64,000 bases of DNA, from NCBI RefSeq assembly GCF_009914755.1, contig NC_060934.1. One strand, given 5' to 3'. Source of the stretch: the human T2T-CHM13v2.0 reference genome, Homo sapiens. A model generated the notes under the pieces. It saw only the letters and a list, made by a program, of their open reading frames with translations. It was not told where the DNA came from and searched no databases. Positions within the stretch are counted from its first letter, which is position 1. Every line of letters starts with the position of its first letter. Both the position numbers and the translations under genes were made by a program. Positions 46,365-61,322 of this stretch are shown in pieces.

Positions 46365-47584
46365 TTGTTGAAGAAAAGCCGGGGACTTGATGTCTTCACT
46401 ACTCAATTCTACCAAATGCTTAAAGAACTAATACTAATCCTCTTCAAAGTATTCATAAAAATAGAGGAGGAGGGAATACTTCCAAACTCATTCTACAAGG
46501 CCAGTATTACCCTGATACCAAAACCAGACACAGACACATTAAAAAAAGAAAAGTACAGGCCAATATTTCTGATGAATATTGACGCAAAACCCTCAGCAAA
46601 ATACTAGTAAACCTAATTCTACAATACATTAGAAAAAAAATCATTCCTCATATCCAAGTGGGATTTATCCCTGGGATGCAACGATGGTTCAACATATGCA
46701 AATTAATCAATGTGATACCTCATATCAACAAAATGAAGGATAAAAACCATACGATCATCTCAATTGATGCTGAAAAAGCATTTGATAAAATTCAGCATCT
46801 CTTCATGATAAAAGCCCTCAGAAAACTGGGGATAGAAGGAACATAGCTCAACATAATAACAGCCATATATGACAGACCCACAGCTAGTCTCATACTGAAT
46901 GGGGATAAACTGAAAGTCTTTCCTCTAAGATCTGGAACATGGATAAAGAAAATGTGGCACATATACATAATGGAGTACTATTCAGCTATTAAATAAGAAT
47001 GAGATCCAGTCATTTGCAACAACATGAATGGAACTGGAGATCATTATGTTAAGTGAAATAAGCTAGGCACAGAAAGACAAACATCACATGTTCTCAGTTA
47101 TTTGTGGTGATGGCATTAGGTGGGGCAAGAAAAAATTTTTTTTTAATTTAAAAAATTAAAATCAAAATGGTAGAACTCATGGACACAGAGAGTAGAAAGA
47201 TGGTTACTGGAGGTTGGGAAGGATAGTGGGGGGCTGAGGGAAGTTGGAGGTGGTTAATGCTACAAAAAAAAAAATAGAAAAAATGAATAAGACCTACAAC
47301 TTGATAGCACAAGAGGGTGACAATAGTCAATAACTTCATTGTACATTTTAAAATCACTTAAAGAATGTAGCTGGATTGTTTGTAACTCAAAGGATAAATG
47401 TTTGAGGGGATAGACACCTCCATGCCCCATGGTGTGCTTATTTCACATTACATGCCTATATCAAAACATCTCATGTACTCCATAAATGTATAAAGCTATT
47501 GTGTACCCACAATAAAATTTTAAACTTTTATAAAAAGAAAAATTTTTAAAAAGAACTATTGTAATCCTCAGTTAACAGATGGGG

Positions 47585-48222
<638 letters not shown>

Positions 48223-48287
48223 AGACGGGGAAATGAAGACACAGAGAGGTTAAGTACCTTGCCACAGACACACAACTAGTGAGTAAG

Positions 48288-48677
48288 TGTGGCAGCAGTG
48301 GTAATTTTCTTTGACTATCCCATATGCTTTCCTTTATACCTACCCTCTTCCTGGGAGGCTGGGCTATGACTAGTTCTAGCCAAAGAAATATGAACGGAAG
48401 TAATGTCTGTCACTTCCAAACTGAGGCAGTGAAAAGTCTCCAGGCACAATTCTCCAGTCTCTTCTTTCCCCTGGCATGGAGGAGATATGCAGGCAGTGCA
48501 GCTGCAAGATAATGGTGCCTCCAACCACCTAGATCCCTAAGTGACCATGTGGAGCAGAGCCCCCACTGTCCTGCATGGGGCATGGGGCATGTGGAAGAAA
48601 CAAATGGTTACTGTGTTCATCACAATTTTTAGGGTTATCTATCACCATGAGTCTACTAGCCCATCCTGACTAACACA
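48288..48677 (+). mobile_element. MaLR solo LTR (MLT1J/I-like)
   Basis: TGTGG...GACTAACACA termini; GGAAGTAATGTCTGTCACTTCC motif typical of MLT1. Confidence 0.7.
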
Positions 48678-48859
48678 TTAGTGGAATTAAGGCTCAAACC
48701 CCGCTCTGTCTTAACTGTGGATTCTAAGGTTCAACCTTTAGAGCTTCTGGGTATGTATCTCACCTAGTAATGGTCACAAATATCAGGACAAATTGGGCCT
48801 CTTCTCTCCTTCCCCAGCACCCTCAAGCATGGAAGGGACATATCTCATAGAGCCTTTGG

Positions 48860-49270
48860 GTATCTTTAAGCCTTTATTAGTGTTCCTACTCTCCATCCAT
48901 TTGGTTCTGGTGAAGCCCATGACCCAGCCTGGCCAATCAGAGAACTGAATCCTTCTAACCTCAGCAACTAGTCCCAAGACTCCAGTTGGTGCAGACAGGG
49001 CAAATCCCGGGACTTGTGTAGGATTTACCAGGAAAAGAAGGGCGGTCTCTTCTGCTTATCCTTAATGGGGTATGAACTGATAGCCATTCTGCCACCCTGT
49101 GGGAACTAAATGTGAAACCAATATAAGGTGAGCTAAAAGACCAAGAGTAGGTAGAACCATTTGAACCACCGAATTTAGCTGTGTCTGAGCCCAGCTCTAC
49201 TCAAAACTATCTGTTATTGATCAAGGCAGTCTGAATAGAACTTTTCTGTCACTTGGAACCAAAAGAATTC
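48860..49270 (+). mobile_element. ERVL LTR (LTR16/LTR33-like) remnant
   Basis: CATGACCCAGCCTGGCCAATCAGAG...TTTTCTGTCACTTGGAACCAAAAGA motifs. Confidence 0.55.
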
Positions 49271-51174
49271 AGAGTGGTCTCCCCTTGTACCTTCTGTCTG
49301 CTGTGTGTTCCAGATTGGGGCAGAAGAGAGATGTCTTGGCACCTGGGTAACCAGGAGCAGGGGGCACCATGCATAGTCACAGAGAAGTATGGAAGAGATG
49401 GTGGGCTTGGACACAGCAGGGTTGAGGTGCTGGAAGGGTGCCCACGTGGAGCTGCTCAGCAGGCTGGCAGGAAGTGTGTGTGCAGGTCTGGAGGGTGCAG
49501 AAGCCTCTGACCCAGACACAGGAGGTGGCAGCTGAGTGTGTGGGAGGACATGAGATCATGGAGGGGTGACAAGAAAGAAGACAGAGAATGGAGACCAGAA
49601 CCTTGGTAAGCAGGAATCTTGCCACAGTGGTAGAGTTAGGAGTGAAGGGCATTCAAGGGGCGGAAGATGTGTGTGGCCTGGGGAAATCTCCTGAGCCACT
49701 CTCCCTCAGTTTCTTTCTCTGTGAAATGGGTTCACAGTGTATACCTGTGCTGTGTTGTAGTGAGGATGGAGAACACATATTGAGCTCTTATCTGAGTGCC
49801 CAGAGCTCAACAAACATAAACTGGTATCAGCTATTGGGAGAAGAGAGACAGAATGCCCAGGGTGAATGTGGAAGAGAGTTCTCAGAGTTGCTTCCTTCCT
49901 AAAATTCTCCAGCCACTGCACTCACAGTCTGCTGTGCTGAAACTGCCAGTTGCCACCTTGCTCTCTCCACACCCTGGAAGCTCCTTGAATAGGAGCTGGG
50001 GCTCATTCCCTTTGTATCCAAGAGCTGGCACAGTGCCTGGCACAGAGCATGCACTGCATGAGTGCTTGTCAATCATTAGAGGAAGGAAAGGACTCACCCC
50101 AGTGCAGACATCTGCAGAGATGGAGGAAGAGAGAGGCCTGAGAAGGGGTTATTGGATTTGTTCATCAGAAGTCCCTAGTGACTGTTGGCAGTTGGGCGTT
50201 GAGGGGTTAACAGGGATCCAGAGCTGCTCCAGGTGTCCCTGTCCCCTCCACAAGTCACTCCCCACCACCACCTGCCCCCCCAGCAGGTGAAAGAAATTGG
50301 GGGAAAGGGAGGATCGGGCTGATTCCTCAATGAGTTTTCTAATGGACAGGCTCCCTCTCTTTCTCTCTCTCAGGCCCAGACTCGCCAACTCTGCCACCCC
50401 CTCAATTTGGCAGGGGCTCTTATCTCAGAAGCTGCTGGAAGAATTTGGCATTTTGACCCTATTTCATCACTCCTAGGGCAGTCTGGCAGACAAAGATGCT
50501 CCACACAGCAGCTGAGCTCATTCACAGAAGCACCGCACACACACAAGGCCCCTCCAAAGTGAGTCCCCCTCCCCCAGTGACCTGCATCTTTATGACACCT
50601 GCGCAGGCCTAAGGCACAGTGCTGCAGGGTGGATCTGACATGAGTTGGGGGTGGAGGTCTGGACTAGAACTCTGCCTCTCCTGGATCCTGGCCTTGCACA
50701 ACTTCACTTGCCCTGAGGCCTGACATTGCATCCTTGGGGTTTAAGTCACCTGGGCTGGGAGTGCTCAGTTAAGATGAAAATGCCCCCAGGGTGAAACACA
50801 GTCACTGCAGGGAAAAAAGATAAGTCCCACAGCTGAGTCCCTTTGAACCCACACAACTGGGATTTGCTGGAGGGCAAGATGCAGAAAGGGAATGGAGTGG
50901 AAAAGTACTGCAGAAACCTTTCCTTTCTTCACACTTTGGAATTCCACCTTTCTTTCCTTCAGTAAACATTTACTGGGTGCCAATTCCACACCAGTTGCTT
51001 AGCCAGGTGCCAGGGGCACCTAGTCTGTTCAATCCAGTCCCTTGAGGTGTGAGGTGAGATTGTGTATTAATGCCTGAGAACTACAGAGGTTGGAAAGGAG
51101 TCATGGGGAAGCCGAGGGACTGGAGGGTCCTGCCCCTGCCTTCCCAACCTCCAGCCACAGCCTTGCTAGCCCAC

Positions 51175-51252
51175 AGTAAGCTGTGATCATACCACTGAAC
51201 TCCAGCCTGGGCAACAGAGTGAGACCCAGTCTCTAAGAAAAAGAAAAAAAAA
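51175..51252 (+). mobile_element. Alu 3'-end fragment
   Basis: CAGTAAGCTGTGATC...CTCCAGCCTGGGCAACAGAGTGAGAC plus A tail. Confidence 0.8.
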
Positions 51253-53025
51253 TGGTGAGGGGTGAGGAGAGGCTGAGGGGGCACGGAAGGGTCAGAGCTC
51301 AGAGTCCCAGGCAGGCCAACACCTGGTGAGAGGGACTTGAAAGGACCTGCTCACGCCTCTCAACCCTCCAGTCCCTGAGGAGTAGGAGGTGACTGGGGGG
51401 CCTCCCGGGTACCTTCTCATTGAGGCAATCACAGTCTTCCAGTGCAAAGCATCTCATCAGCCTCACTCCTAAGAGAAGGATTTTCCCTCTTCCCTGTCCC
51501 CAGGTGGTTCCCATGGATGCTCCTCTCCTCGCCTCCACACAGGAGAGGAATGAACCTTGTTCCCAGCTGGAACCCCTCTCTGGATTCCAGGTGAACCTCG
51601 GAAGGCACAGTTAATGCCCTTCACCTAGATCATTGGTTCTGAAAGTGAGGTGGGAGGATCCATCATATCAGATACCTGGACGCTTATTAGAAAAGTAAAT
51701 CTTAGAAAAGTAAAGGGGTGGTCCAACACACCATTTCAACGAGCCCCCAATTGATTCTGATGCCATCCGCCTGGGAACCACTGGTCGGGAGAACAATTCA
51801 GCTAGAATTTTCTGGGTGCCTGGGTGTGGAGTGGGGAGAGGGGAAAAGGAGCATCCCCGTGGCCTGGCTGGTGGCAGCAGGTGGGCTTCTCCGGAAGAAG
51901 GAGCTGGTCTGCTTCAGGGCCTGGGGCCTGCCCCTCCCTCGGGCTGGGGATGCTCGTGGTGAGCAGGTGCAGTGGGGAGAGATAGACCGTGGTTTTCAGG
52001 AACTTCTTGAAGGGATCTGAAACTCCCAGAACATCAAGAGCCTTTCTTTGAGAAGATTTTAATTTAACACACAATTATCACTTGAATCCACTTTCATTGG
52101 AAACATTCAAGCCACACCAAAACAGAGGTAGCAACAAGGAAAAGTCCTTCCTTGATGCCCTCAATGCTAGATCCTGTCCAGAAGCAGCCACTGGTACCTG
52201 CTTGATGTTTACCCTTCAGGACCTTTGGGGACATTTATATGTACACACAAAAGGACAGAGTCTGGGTGCTTTTACATAAAGAGGCTAATGGGAGGAGGTT
52301 ATGCTGGGCAACTCCCTACTTCCTCCCTTTAATAACACATCTGAGAACCTCTGCTTTAAATGCCCGGAGATCCAGCATCAGGCTCTGGGCCTCTTTTCAA
52401 CAATATCTGGAGGGCGGTGGTTACAGGGGCAAGAAAAAAAACATTTTAACACCACAGCAGAGCACCCCACCCTTTTCCTGAATACCTCCACCACCCGCTT
52501 TCCATTGCCTACCCTATGACTGCACACACAAACACTGACGCTGGTCTGATTTAAGGAAACCCTTCCCAGTCCTCGCCCAGCATGGCAACCCCTGACCTCA
52601 CAGGCAGCACAGTGCTGAAGCACTGGGGCCTCCTTTTGCTCCAGACAGAAATTCCTTGGCCCGGAGAAGGCCCTCTCTGGAGTCCCAGGACAAATGGGCA
52701 TTGGAAGGGCTGTGTCACCACTGAGAGCTGTGCGTGTTTGCATGTACATTTACCCTGGGCGGGAGTTCAGAGCTTTCCTTTCGATTCCCAAAGGCCTCTG
52801 ATACTCTGTACAGGATAAAAACCAAGTTGTACATTGATTGCGTCTTAATGGGTTTTCTAATTTACAGTCGAATGCTTGGGAGTCAGCCAGCTCTTGGGAA
52901 AATGGTGGCCTCACCTTCCCCAAAAGCTCAGGCCCGGGTACAGGGTGTCCTCTCTCTAAATGGCAGAGCAAGAGGGAGGAAAAGCTGAAGATGAGAGAAA
53001 GAATGAGGCAGATGGGCAACCCAAG

Positions 53026-53790
<765 letters not shown>

Positions 53791-56269
53791 CCAAGGTAGG
53801 GGTGGCAAAAAGCAGAGCTCAGCCATGGCTTCTGGGGAGACCCTGGAGCCCCCACAGAGTCCCCAGCACTCAGCGCCTGAAAGGGCCAGGTCCCTTTGGG
53901 TCAAAGAGTCTGCCCTGTGCTCACTCAGCTGTGCAGGCAGCTCCCAGCTCAGAGAGAGAGTTCCCTAATAAACAGGCAAACCAAACCCATGTTCCCTCCA
54001 GGCCCTCGAGTCACCTGCCACTTGGCAATGAGAGGACGTCAGCCCAGTTCCTGGCTGGTGGCTCTGACAGGCGCCCATCTGCTCCGGAAGTGTCCGGCCT
54101 GGATAAACAGAGCCAGGCTCTGCCTCCCACGGCTGACCCAGCCAGGTCAAGCGGAAGCCCAGGGCCTCAGGCCTCAGGTCTCCCAGGGCTCACTTTCCAC
54201 ACTGACCTGGTCACAGCTGGCTACCCCAGCAGGAATGGGCATCCCTGGAAAATGGCTGTGAAGACGGGGGGAAGGAAGAGTTGGGGACCTACCTCCCAGG
54301 CCACTTCCCTGGATCTCTGCTGGGCCCAGGGTCACTGCCCCTCCCATCTGCCCCCCTCCTCACTCACGCCCACATGAAGCCATCTGCCACCCTCGCCCCC
54401 TGGCAGGCACCACAGCCTCATGACTCAGCGCCCAGCCCAGAGCTGCTCTGTGGGTGGCCACTCCGGAACCTTGCAGAGAGGGAGGTGCTGGGAAGGGGGT
54501 TTGAGCGGGGGTGGGTGGAGGCAGAAGACACGTGCAGACCCCAGGTGGCTGTTCACGGAGCACCAAGCCCTGACAGCACTGCCTTCATCCGGTTTTGCAG
54601 GCAACAACCTCTCCAGCAGAGGTGTTGCCTAAAATACCACGGCCCAATTGAAATGCACCTGATCAGTTCCATTTTTCCCTCCAGGTTTCCCCACCTGTTC
54701 TCGAGGTCCTGATCCCAGGCCACGCTGGGACCCTTTCTCCAGTTCCATCTTTGCTTCTTCCTGTGCCTTCCCCACCTTCTTGCAGCCCCTGGAACACATC
54801 CCTGGAACAGCTTATTCACCCCCACACAACCTTGAGTAGATAAAGGCCCACAAAGGTATTAGAGACTTCGTGTCATCCTTTGAGCAAGCGGCTTGACCCC
54901 AAGTGCCCACCCCAAAACGCCTGTGGTAATGGTGACACCGTAGGTGCCATTCTGGGGAAGGGAGAGAGTGAGGGTGGAGGATGTCATCCCCACAGTGGCA
55001 GGGCAAGAGACAGGTCCCCGCCCCAGGCATCTTGGGCAGGTGGCTCCAGGTTCCGTTCTGAGTCAGGCGTTTTTTACACCTGCTGCTTTCGCTCAAGGTG
55101 GCTCGGCACCTGGAAGATCAGGATTTGAGGCCAGGCTCCAACCCTGAGGGTGAGGATAGGGCCCGAGTGGGAGCTGTGTTTCCTCTGCTGTTGCTGAGAC
55201 CCATCCAGAAGTTCACTGCCCCTCTAGAGCCTCTCAGGCCAGAAGGGAGATGTAGCCACTTGGCCTCATAGCTGAAGAGAGGTCCTCAGGATTTGGCCCT
55301 GGTTCTGTCCCTTCCCAGGTAGCCCCCTGTGGGGTCAGATTCTCCTGGAGAGCCAGGCAAGGGTGCCCCTACTTCTTCCCAGCCCTGTTCCTTCCTAACC
55401 AAGTCTGTGGTCTCCTGTCATTTCTTAATGGTTATTTTAACTGCTGGGAACCTCAAGGAAACAGGCACTGCCTAACAAAAATAAAGAATCCTGGGAAATT
55501 TCAAGACACTTCAAAATTCTAGCAGGAAGAGCCCAACCACATTTGAATCCCAGTTCTGCAGTTATGTGTGAACCTGAGCAAGACACCCTCTCCGTGGCTG
55601 GGTTTCCTCAATTCTATGATAACAAGGGTACCTGCCCCAAAGGACTGTTATGATGCTGAAATGAGGCAGAGAATTGTGAAAAGGCACAACTTGAGATAGT
55701 CCGTTTCCTTTATAGAAATGGACACAGTTCAGTAACAGCAATAATTAATAATAATCACTGCGACCGTTCCTTTACATGTGCTGTGTTGACATGAGCGTCA
55801 AGCATTGTGTGGAGGGTTTCAGCTGCACTAACCTCCCTAAAGTCTGTGTACTTTGATCCAGTCTTTCTTTCCACACTCTATTTCAGGAGACAGTTCAACT
55901 CTCCCAGAGGAACCCCTTTCCCGCATTTACACCCTCCCTTTCCCGCTAGGCATTGGGCTATTTTCCAGGCCAACCCCTTCCCCCGACTCCAGGGAGCATC
56001 TCCCAGGAACTTGCGCTGCTTCCCAGAGCAGGAAGGTGGGCAGAAAACAGCCCCAGCTGGAAAATCAGAGTACATGTTTCCGTACAACTTCTTCAGAATG
56101 ATAGACTTCTAGAACAAACAAAAAGCTCCATTCAGGAGCCGCTCTCTATTTTGCCCTGGTACTCCCAGCCTGCCCCACTGCACAGCTGCAGAAAATGTGA
56201 TTTTCCTGAGGCCACACAGAGAGTAAGCAGCAAAGATTCCAGCAACATGTGGCACTTGCAATGCATGTA

Positions 56270-56850
56270 CTGCATCCATTCACTTAGTAAACACCTGCGG
56301 TGCTGACGTTATGCTCCACAGATGATCGATACCAAAAAGGCCCATGTGCTCAGGGCATTGACATTCAATGGAGAGGGCTCAGAGCCCAAACAAATCAACA
56401 AGGCAATCGCCAAGACTGAGAAATGCCATGAAGAAAATGCATCCTGGTGGTGTGGGACGGAGGGATAGGTGGATTCAGGGGAGGGAGGCTTCTCTTTACC
56501 TAGAGTAGTCAGAGAGGCCTCTCTGAAAGGTGACACTGAGCTGAGAACTGAACCATGAGACACAGCTCAGGGAGGTCTTGGGGAACGGGCGTCATGCTAG
56601 GGGAACAGCGAACGCAAAGGTCCTGGTGCAGGAATGTGTTTGTTCTCTTCGAGGAACAGGGCAATCAGTATAGTTGGAGCAGAGCAGATGAGGAGAGGTG
56701 GGAGAGGCAAGGAAGACAGCCTCGTAGCCACAGTAATGGGCTTGGATTGGATCCTAACAGCGACGGGCTAGGAGGGTTTCAGGTAGGGCAATGACCATTA
56801 TGCCTTATGGCCTAGAAAGATCACTCTGGCGGCTGGGAATGGCTCAAAGG
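56270..56850 (-). mobile_element. L2 remnant
   Basis: CATCCATTCACTTAGTAAACA; GTCAGAGAGGCCTCTCTGA; AGAAAGATCACTCTGGC motifs. Confidence 0.7.
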
Positions 56851-57435
56851 GGGCAAGCAGTTCCAAGGAAGCTGTGGTGGCCTGGACCACTGCGCCAGCT
56901 GTGAGGTGCAGGGAGGTGAGAGGCAAAGACCTTCAACCTAACGCACCTGAAGCACTTAGCACCGAGCCTGACACCCACTGAATTATGAGTGATGGCCCCT
57001 CCAGAGATGGGGCCTGAGGAGGAGGTGCTGGGGGCTAGATGCGGCCACAGGTAGCAGTGACAGGGGCTGGGGAGACTGCCTTTCCTGGGCTTAAGACTAC
57101 AGGCAGCCTCCAGAGGTAGCAAGTGGCGGCCGACTCTGTGGAGCCCACATCCTACTTTGGTCCTCTGAAGCCTGTGTCATCTTCCCATTCTTCAAAGGTC
57201 ATTCTCAGAGCCACTCTCTGTGACATAGAAGCATTCTAGAAATAAAAACTTGCCAGTAATTAGAATGGAAGTAGCTTACATACTTTTTATATTCCAAAAT
57301 TGTGTTTAAATTACACAAACGCATAAAAATTTCAAGTGCAAGAGCCCACAGTGAAAAATAATTCTCCCTCCACCTCTTCCCTCCCTCCCTGGAAAAAATT
57401 CTGTTTTCTACACATTCTTTTTCCAGAAATATTCT

Positions 57436-57437
<2 letters not shown>

Positions 57438-57478
<41 letters not shown>
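57438..57478. repeat. (CA)n microsatellite within an old L1M remnant
   Basis: About 20 CA units. Confidence 0.95.
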
Positions 57479-57480
<2 letters not shown>

Positions 57481-57947
57481 TACATCCTATTTTTAAACAT
57501 AAAGATAAGATCACATATATACTGTCTTGTACCCTTTTTCACACACACAAAAATATTTCTTGAAGATCATGTCATATCAGTCCATGGATCACAATCTCAT
57601 TCTTTTTAGTGGGTACCTAGTATACCATAGAATAGCTGTGTTAGAGAGGAAAGTGGGCATTTAGATGGCTTCCGGGATTAACCACTGTAAGGAATGTCAC
57701 AGACAACCTCCCCATATGTAGTCTTTGGTATTTTCATTGCACAAATTCCTAGAAGTGGAATTAATGGTTCAAAAGATAAATAACAATTTTTGTTTTCACA
57801 AATACTGACAAATTGCTCTTGGGAACAGTTGGATTAATTCACCCTGACCCCCACCGCCAGCTGACTCTGAGGGCATGCCCTTCACAATGTCAGCATAGGC
57901 ATGGTCCAAATGTTTCATCGTTGCCAGTCTCATGACACCTTACAATA

Positions 57948-58237
57948 TTTTTTTTCTGAGGCAGAGTCTTGCTCTGTCACCCAGGCTGAAGTACAGTGGC
58001 TTGATCTTAGCTCACTGCAACCTCCCACTCCTAGGTTCAAGTGATCCTCCTACCTTAGCCTCCCGAGTAGCTGGAACTACAGGCACACGTCTCCACGCCT
58101 GGTAATTTTTATTTTTGTATTTTTGGTAGAGACGGGATTCCGCCGTGTTGCCCAGGTTGGTCTCAAACTCCTGAGCTCAAGCAATCCTCCCACCTTGGCC
58201 TCCCAAGGGATTGCAGGCATTAACCACTACACCTGGC
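57948..58237 (-). mobile_element. AluJ
   Basis: Diverged dimer. Confidence 0.88.
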
Positions 58238-58966
58238 CTGTAACCGTACTTTTTAAGTGTAAGCACACCTGTATAGGTGTTGTGGGAGTTATCACCCCCA
58301 TTTTGTAGACCAGGAAGCACATGACGCCCACCCCAGGGCACAAAGCCAGTGGGGTGGAAAGCAGGGGCCAGGTGAGGGAGTGGCTGCCTCCACAGATACT
58401 AGGACTCTGGCAGTCAAGACAGTGTACACAGGTCGGAAGCCAAGAGACAGGGCAATGGTCAGGTCCGTAAACCCACTCCACCAGGACCAGGGACACAGAA
58501 CTGTCTATTCTGTACCCCTGCCTGTGCCAGCCTGAGGCCTGTTTGTGGGTGTCGATTAGCCATACCAGGGCAATGGGAAGTAGGCCACTTGCTGGAGGAG
58601 TAGAGAGCTTAGGAGTAGAGATAAGAAGTTTCCTTTCTTCCCACCATGAACAGGTTGGCGGTTGCAAAACAGGAAAATGCAGGCTCCATTAAAAGGAGAG
58701 ACAGAAAAAGAGAGGCCCCTGTCAATAAACCACAGTAGCCAAATAAACCTAAGTTTAGCATCACTCTCTAAGCCTGTATGGGAGCCTCTTGACTGCTGAT
58801 TCTTCTAATGGGCTCCACTTCCGTGAACTCAAAGGTAATGGAATGAGTTTCAACAAAAACTATGTTCTAAATAAAGCAATACAATCAGAGCTGCTGACCT
58901 TCGACAGAAAACTCTTCTTATAGGCCTTGGACTTGAAGTAAAGAATGTGCTCTTTGTGAGGGTGCA

Positions 58967-58968
<2 letters not shown>

Positions 58969-59010
<42 letters not shown>
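58969..59010. repeat. (TG)n microsatellite
   Basis: About 21 TG units. Confidence 0.95.
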
Positions 59011-59012
<2 letters not shown>

Positions 59013-59235
59013 GACTGAATTTCAGGCATGGCTGAAAACAGTAAAAAAAAAAGTTCTATCATGTTACTAGGACTTGCTTGTTTGAAAAAAAGAAAAAAAA
59101 AACCTTAAAGGAAAATGTTAGTGTAAAGAGGGCAGGGAAACATGGCTGTTTTGAAACCAACATCAGGGCCATATGGGTGTAGGATTTATTATTCATAGAT
59201 AGGATTTCCGTGGGTTTTCAAGGCTGGCCTCCAAG

Positions 59236-59432
59236 GCTCATGCAAACTCCCCCTCCTGGGTTTAAGTGATCCTCCTACCTCAGACTCCCGAGTAGCTGGA
59301 ACTACAGGCATGAGTCCCCACGCCTGGTTATTATTATTATTATTATTATTATTGTTATTATTATTATTTTGTATTTTTGGTAGAGATGGGGTTTCACAAT
59401 ATTGCCCATGCTGGTCTCAAAATCCTGATTTC
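59236..59432 (-). mobile_element. Partial Alu with (TTA)n linker
   Basis: Alu motifs flanking an expanded middle A-rich region. Confidence 0.8.
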
Positions 59433-60113
59433 CTGATTTTTAGCAATCAGGAAAGTCTCCTACAGAGTGCTCCAGCAGAGCCAGGCATGAGGCCCCTAAA
59501 ACAGGCATACTAGAAGCTTGTGTCCAGGCAGAGAGGGCTTGCTGAGCACTGCGGGTCACAATCAAGGGGCCATGAAGGCCCTCAGGGGTCCCAGATGATT
59601 GGATCAAAGAAGCCCAGAGCCTATGTCCATCACTTGCCAGTCTGAGATGCTGGAGTTTCAGTCGTTCATCTTTCTGAGTGAAGATGGTGTCCATTCATTC
59701 CACTGTCTCAGGCAGTCAATAAATAAATTATTTTTGAGCCCACTACAAATCAGAGACTGTGCTGGGGCACTAGTGGTGGTGAGAGGTTGGTGATGGGGGC
59801 TTTTACAGGGGTGGTGGGGAGTATAAGTGGCTTTGGAAAACAACTGGGCATTATCTTGTAACACTGAAGTTGCACACACCAATGACCCAGCAATTACTTC
59901 CACTCCTAAGATTATGCCCTGAAAACTCTTGCACATGTATGAAAAGCCTTCACAAGGATCTTCAAAGAAGCATTATGCATAATTGTAAAATTATGAAAAT
60001 CCCAGATGTCCTTTGACTGGAGAAGGAATGAATTGAGATCTCTTCCCACAATGTAATATTATGCAGCAGTGAGAAATGAATGTACTAGAGTTACATGCAA
60101 TCAGATGGATGAC

Positions 60114-60600
60114 AGCCAGGCGTGGTGGCTCACGCCTGTAATCCCAACACTTTGGGAGGCTGAGGCAGGTAGATCACTTGAGCCCAGGAATTTGAGACCA
60201 CCCTGGCCAACATGGTGAAACCCTGTCTCTACAAAAACTATGAAAATTAGGCCAGGCACAGTGGTTCATGCCTGTGATCCCAGCACTTTGGGAGGCCAAG
60301 GCCGGCAGATCACCTGAGGTTAGGAATTCGAGACCAGCCTGACCAAAATGGTGAAACCTCATCTCTATTAAAAATACAAAAATTAGCCAAGCGTGGTGGT
60401 GGGCACTCATAATCCTAGTTACTCAGGAGGCTGAGGCAGGAGAATCGCTTGAATCCAGGAGGTGGAGGTTGCAGTGAGCCGAGATCATGGCAATGCACTC
60501 CAGCCTGGGTGACAGGGCAAGACTCTGTCTCGAAAAAGCAAACAAACAAACAACAGCAACAACAACAACAACAACAACAAACAAACAAAACAAAAAAAAC
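60114..60600 (+). mobile_element. Alu left monomer followed by AluS with (CAA)n tail
   Basis: Two GGCCAGGC-type starts (~60114 and ~60250). Confidence 0.88.
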
Positions 60601-60862
60601 CCCAGAAACTTAGAAATGCTGGTTCCTTGGGTTTTTTTATAATTAAAAAAATTCTTTTCAAGATGAATGAATCTTGAAACAAATGATGCATGAAAAAAAC
60701 GAATTTCAGAAGACAACAATACACTATGCCATTTTTTCTAAAGCTTAAAAATAAGCAAAGATAAACCTTTTCTAAAGAAATCATATAAACGTCTTAAAAC
60801 GTTTTTAGAGCAAGCAATTTTGAGCATCAAATTTAGGACACTTGTTACCCCAGAGGGGCAAA

Positions 60863-60909
60863 CAGAATATGGGATGGGGAGGTGCCAGAATATGGGATGG
60901 GGAGGTGCC
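60863..60909. repeat. 23-bp tandem duplication
   Basis: CAGAATATGGGATGGGGAGGTGC twice. Confidence 0.95.
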
Positions 60910-61027
60910 CACAGGTAGGGTCAATGGTTTCAGTCACATTCTAGTTGTTGGGCCACATAGTATGTTACAAGCCTTTGTTTCATTATGTTTTATTAATTAC
61001 AAGTATTCTTTTATACAAAAAAAAACT

Positions 61028-61322
61028 TCTTTTTTTTTTTTGAGACAGAGTCTCGCTCTTTCACCCAGGCTGGAGTGCAGTGGCGTGATCTCGGCTCACT
61101 GATAGCTTTGCCTCCCCGGTTCACGCCATTCTCCTGCCTCAGCCTCCCGAGTAGCTGGGATACAGGCGCCTGCCACCATGCCTGACTAATTTTTTGTATT
61201 TTTAGTAGAGACGGGGTTTCACCGTGTTAGCCAGGATGGTCTCGATCTCCTGACCTCGTGATCCGCCCGCCTCGACCTCCCAAAGTGCTGGGATTACAGG
61301 CGTGAGCCACCGCACTCGGCCA
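61028..61322 (-). mobile_element. AluY
   Basis: Dimer with Y diagnostics. Confidence 0.92.

Noticed and set aside
53802-54712. Overlapping 191-, 121- and 143-aa ORFs
   Set aside because: Several frames open at once in GC-rich DNA; no known protein similarity.
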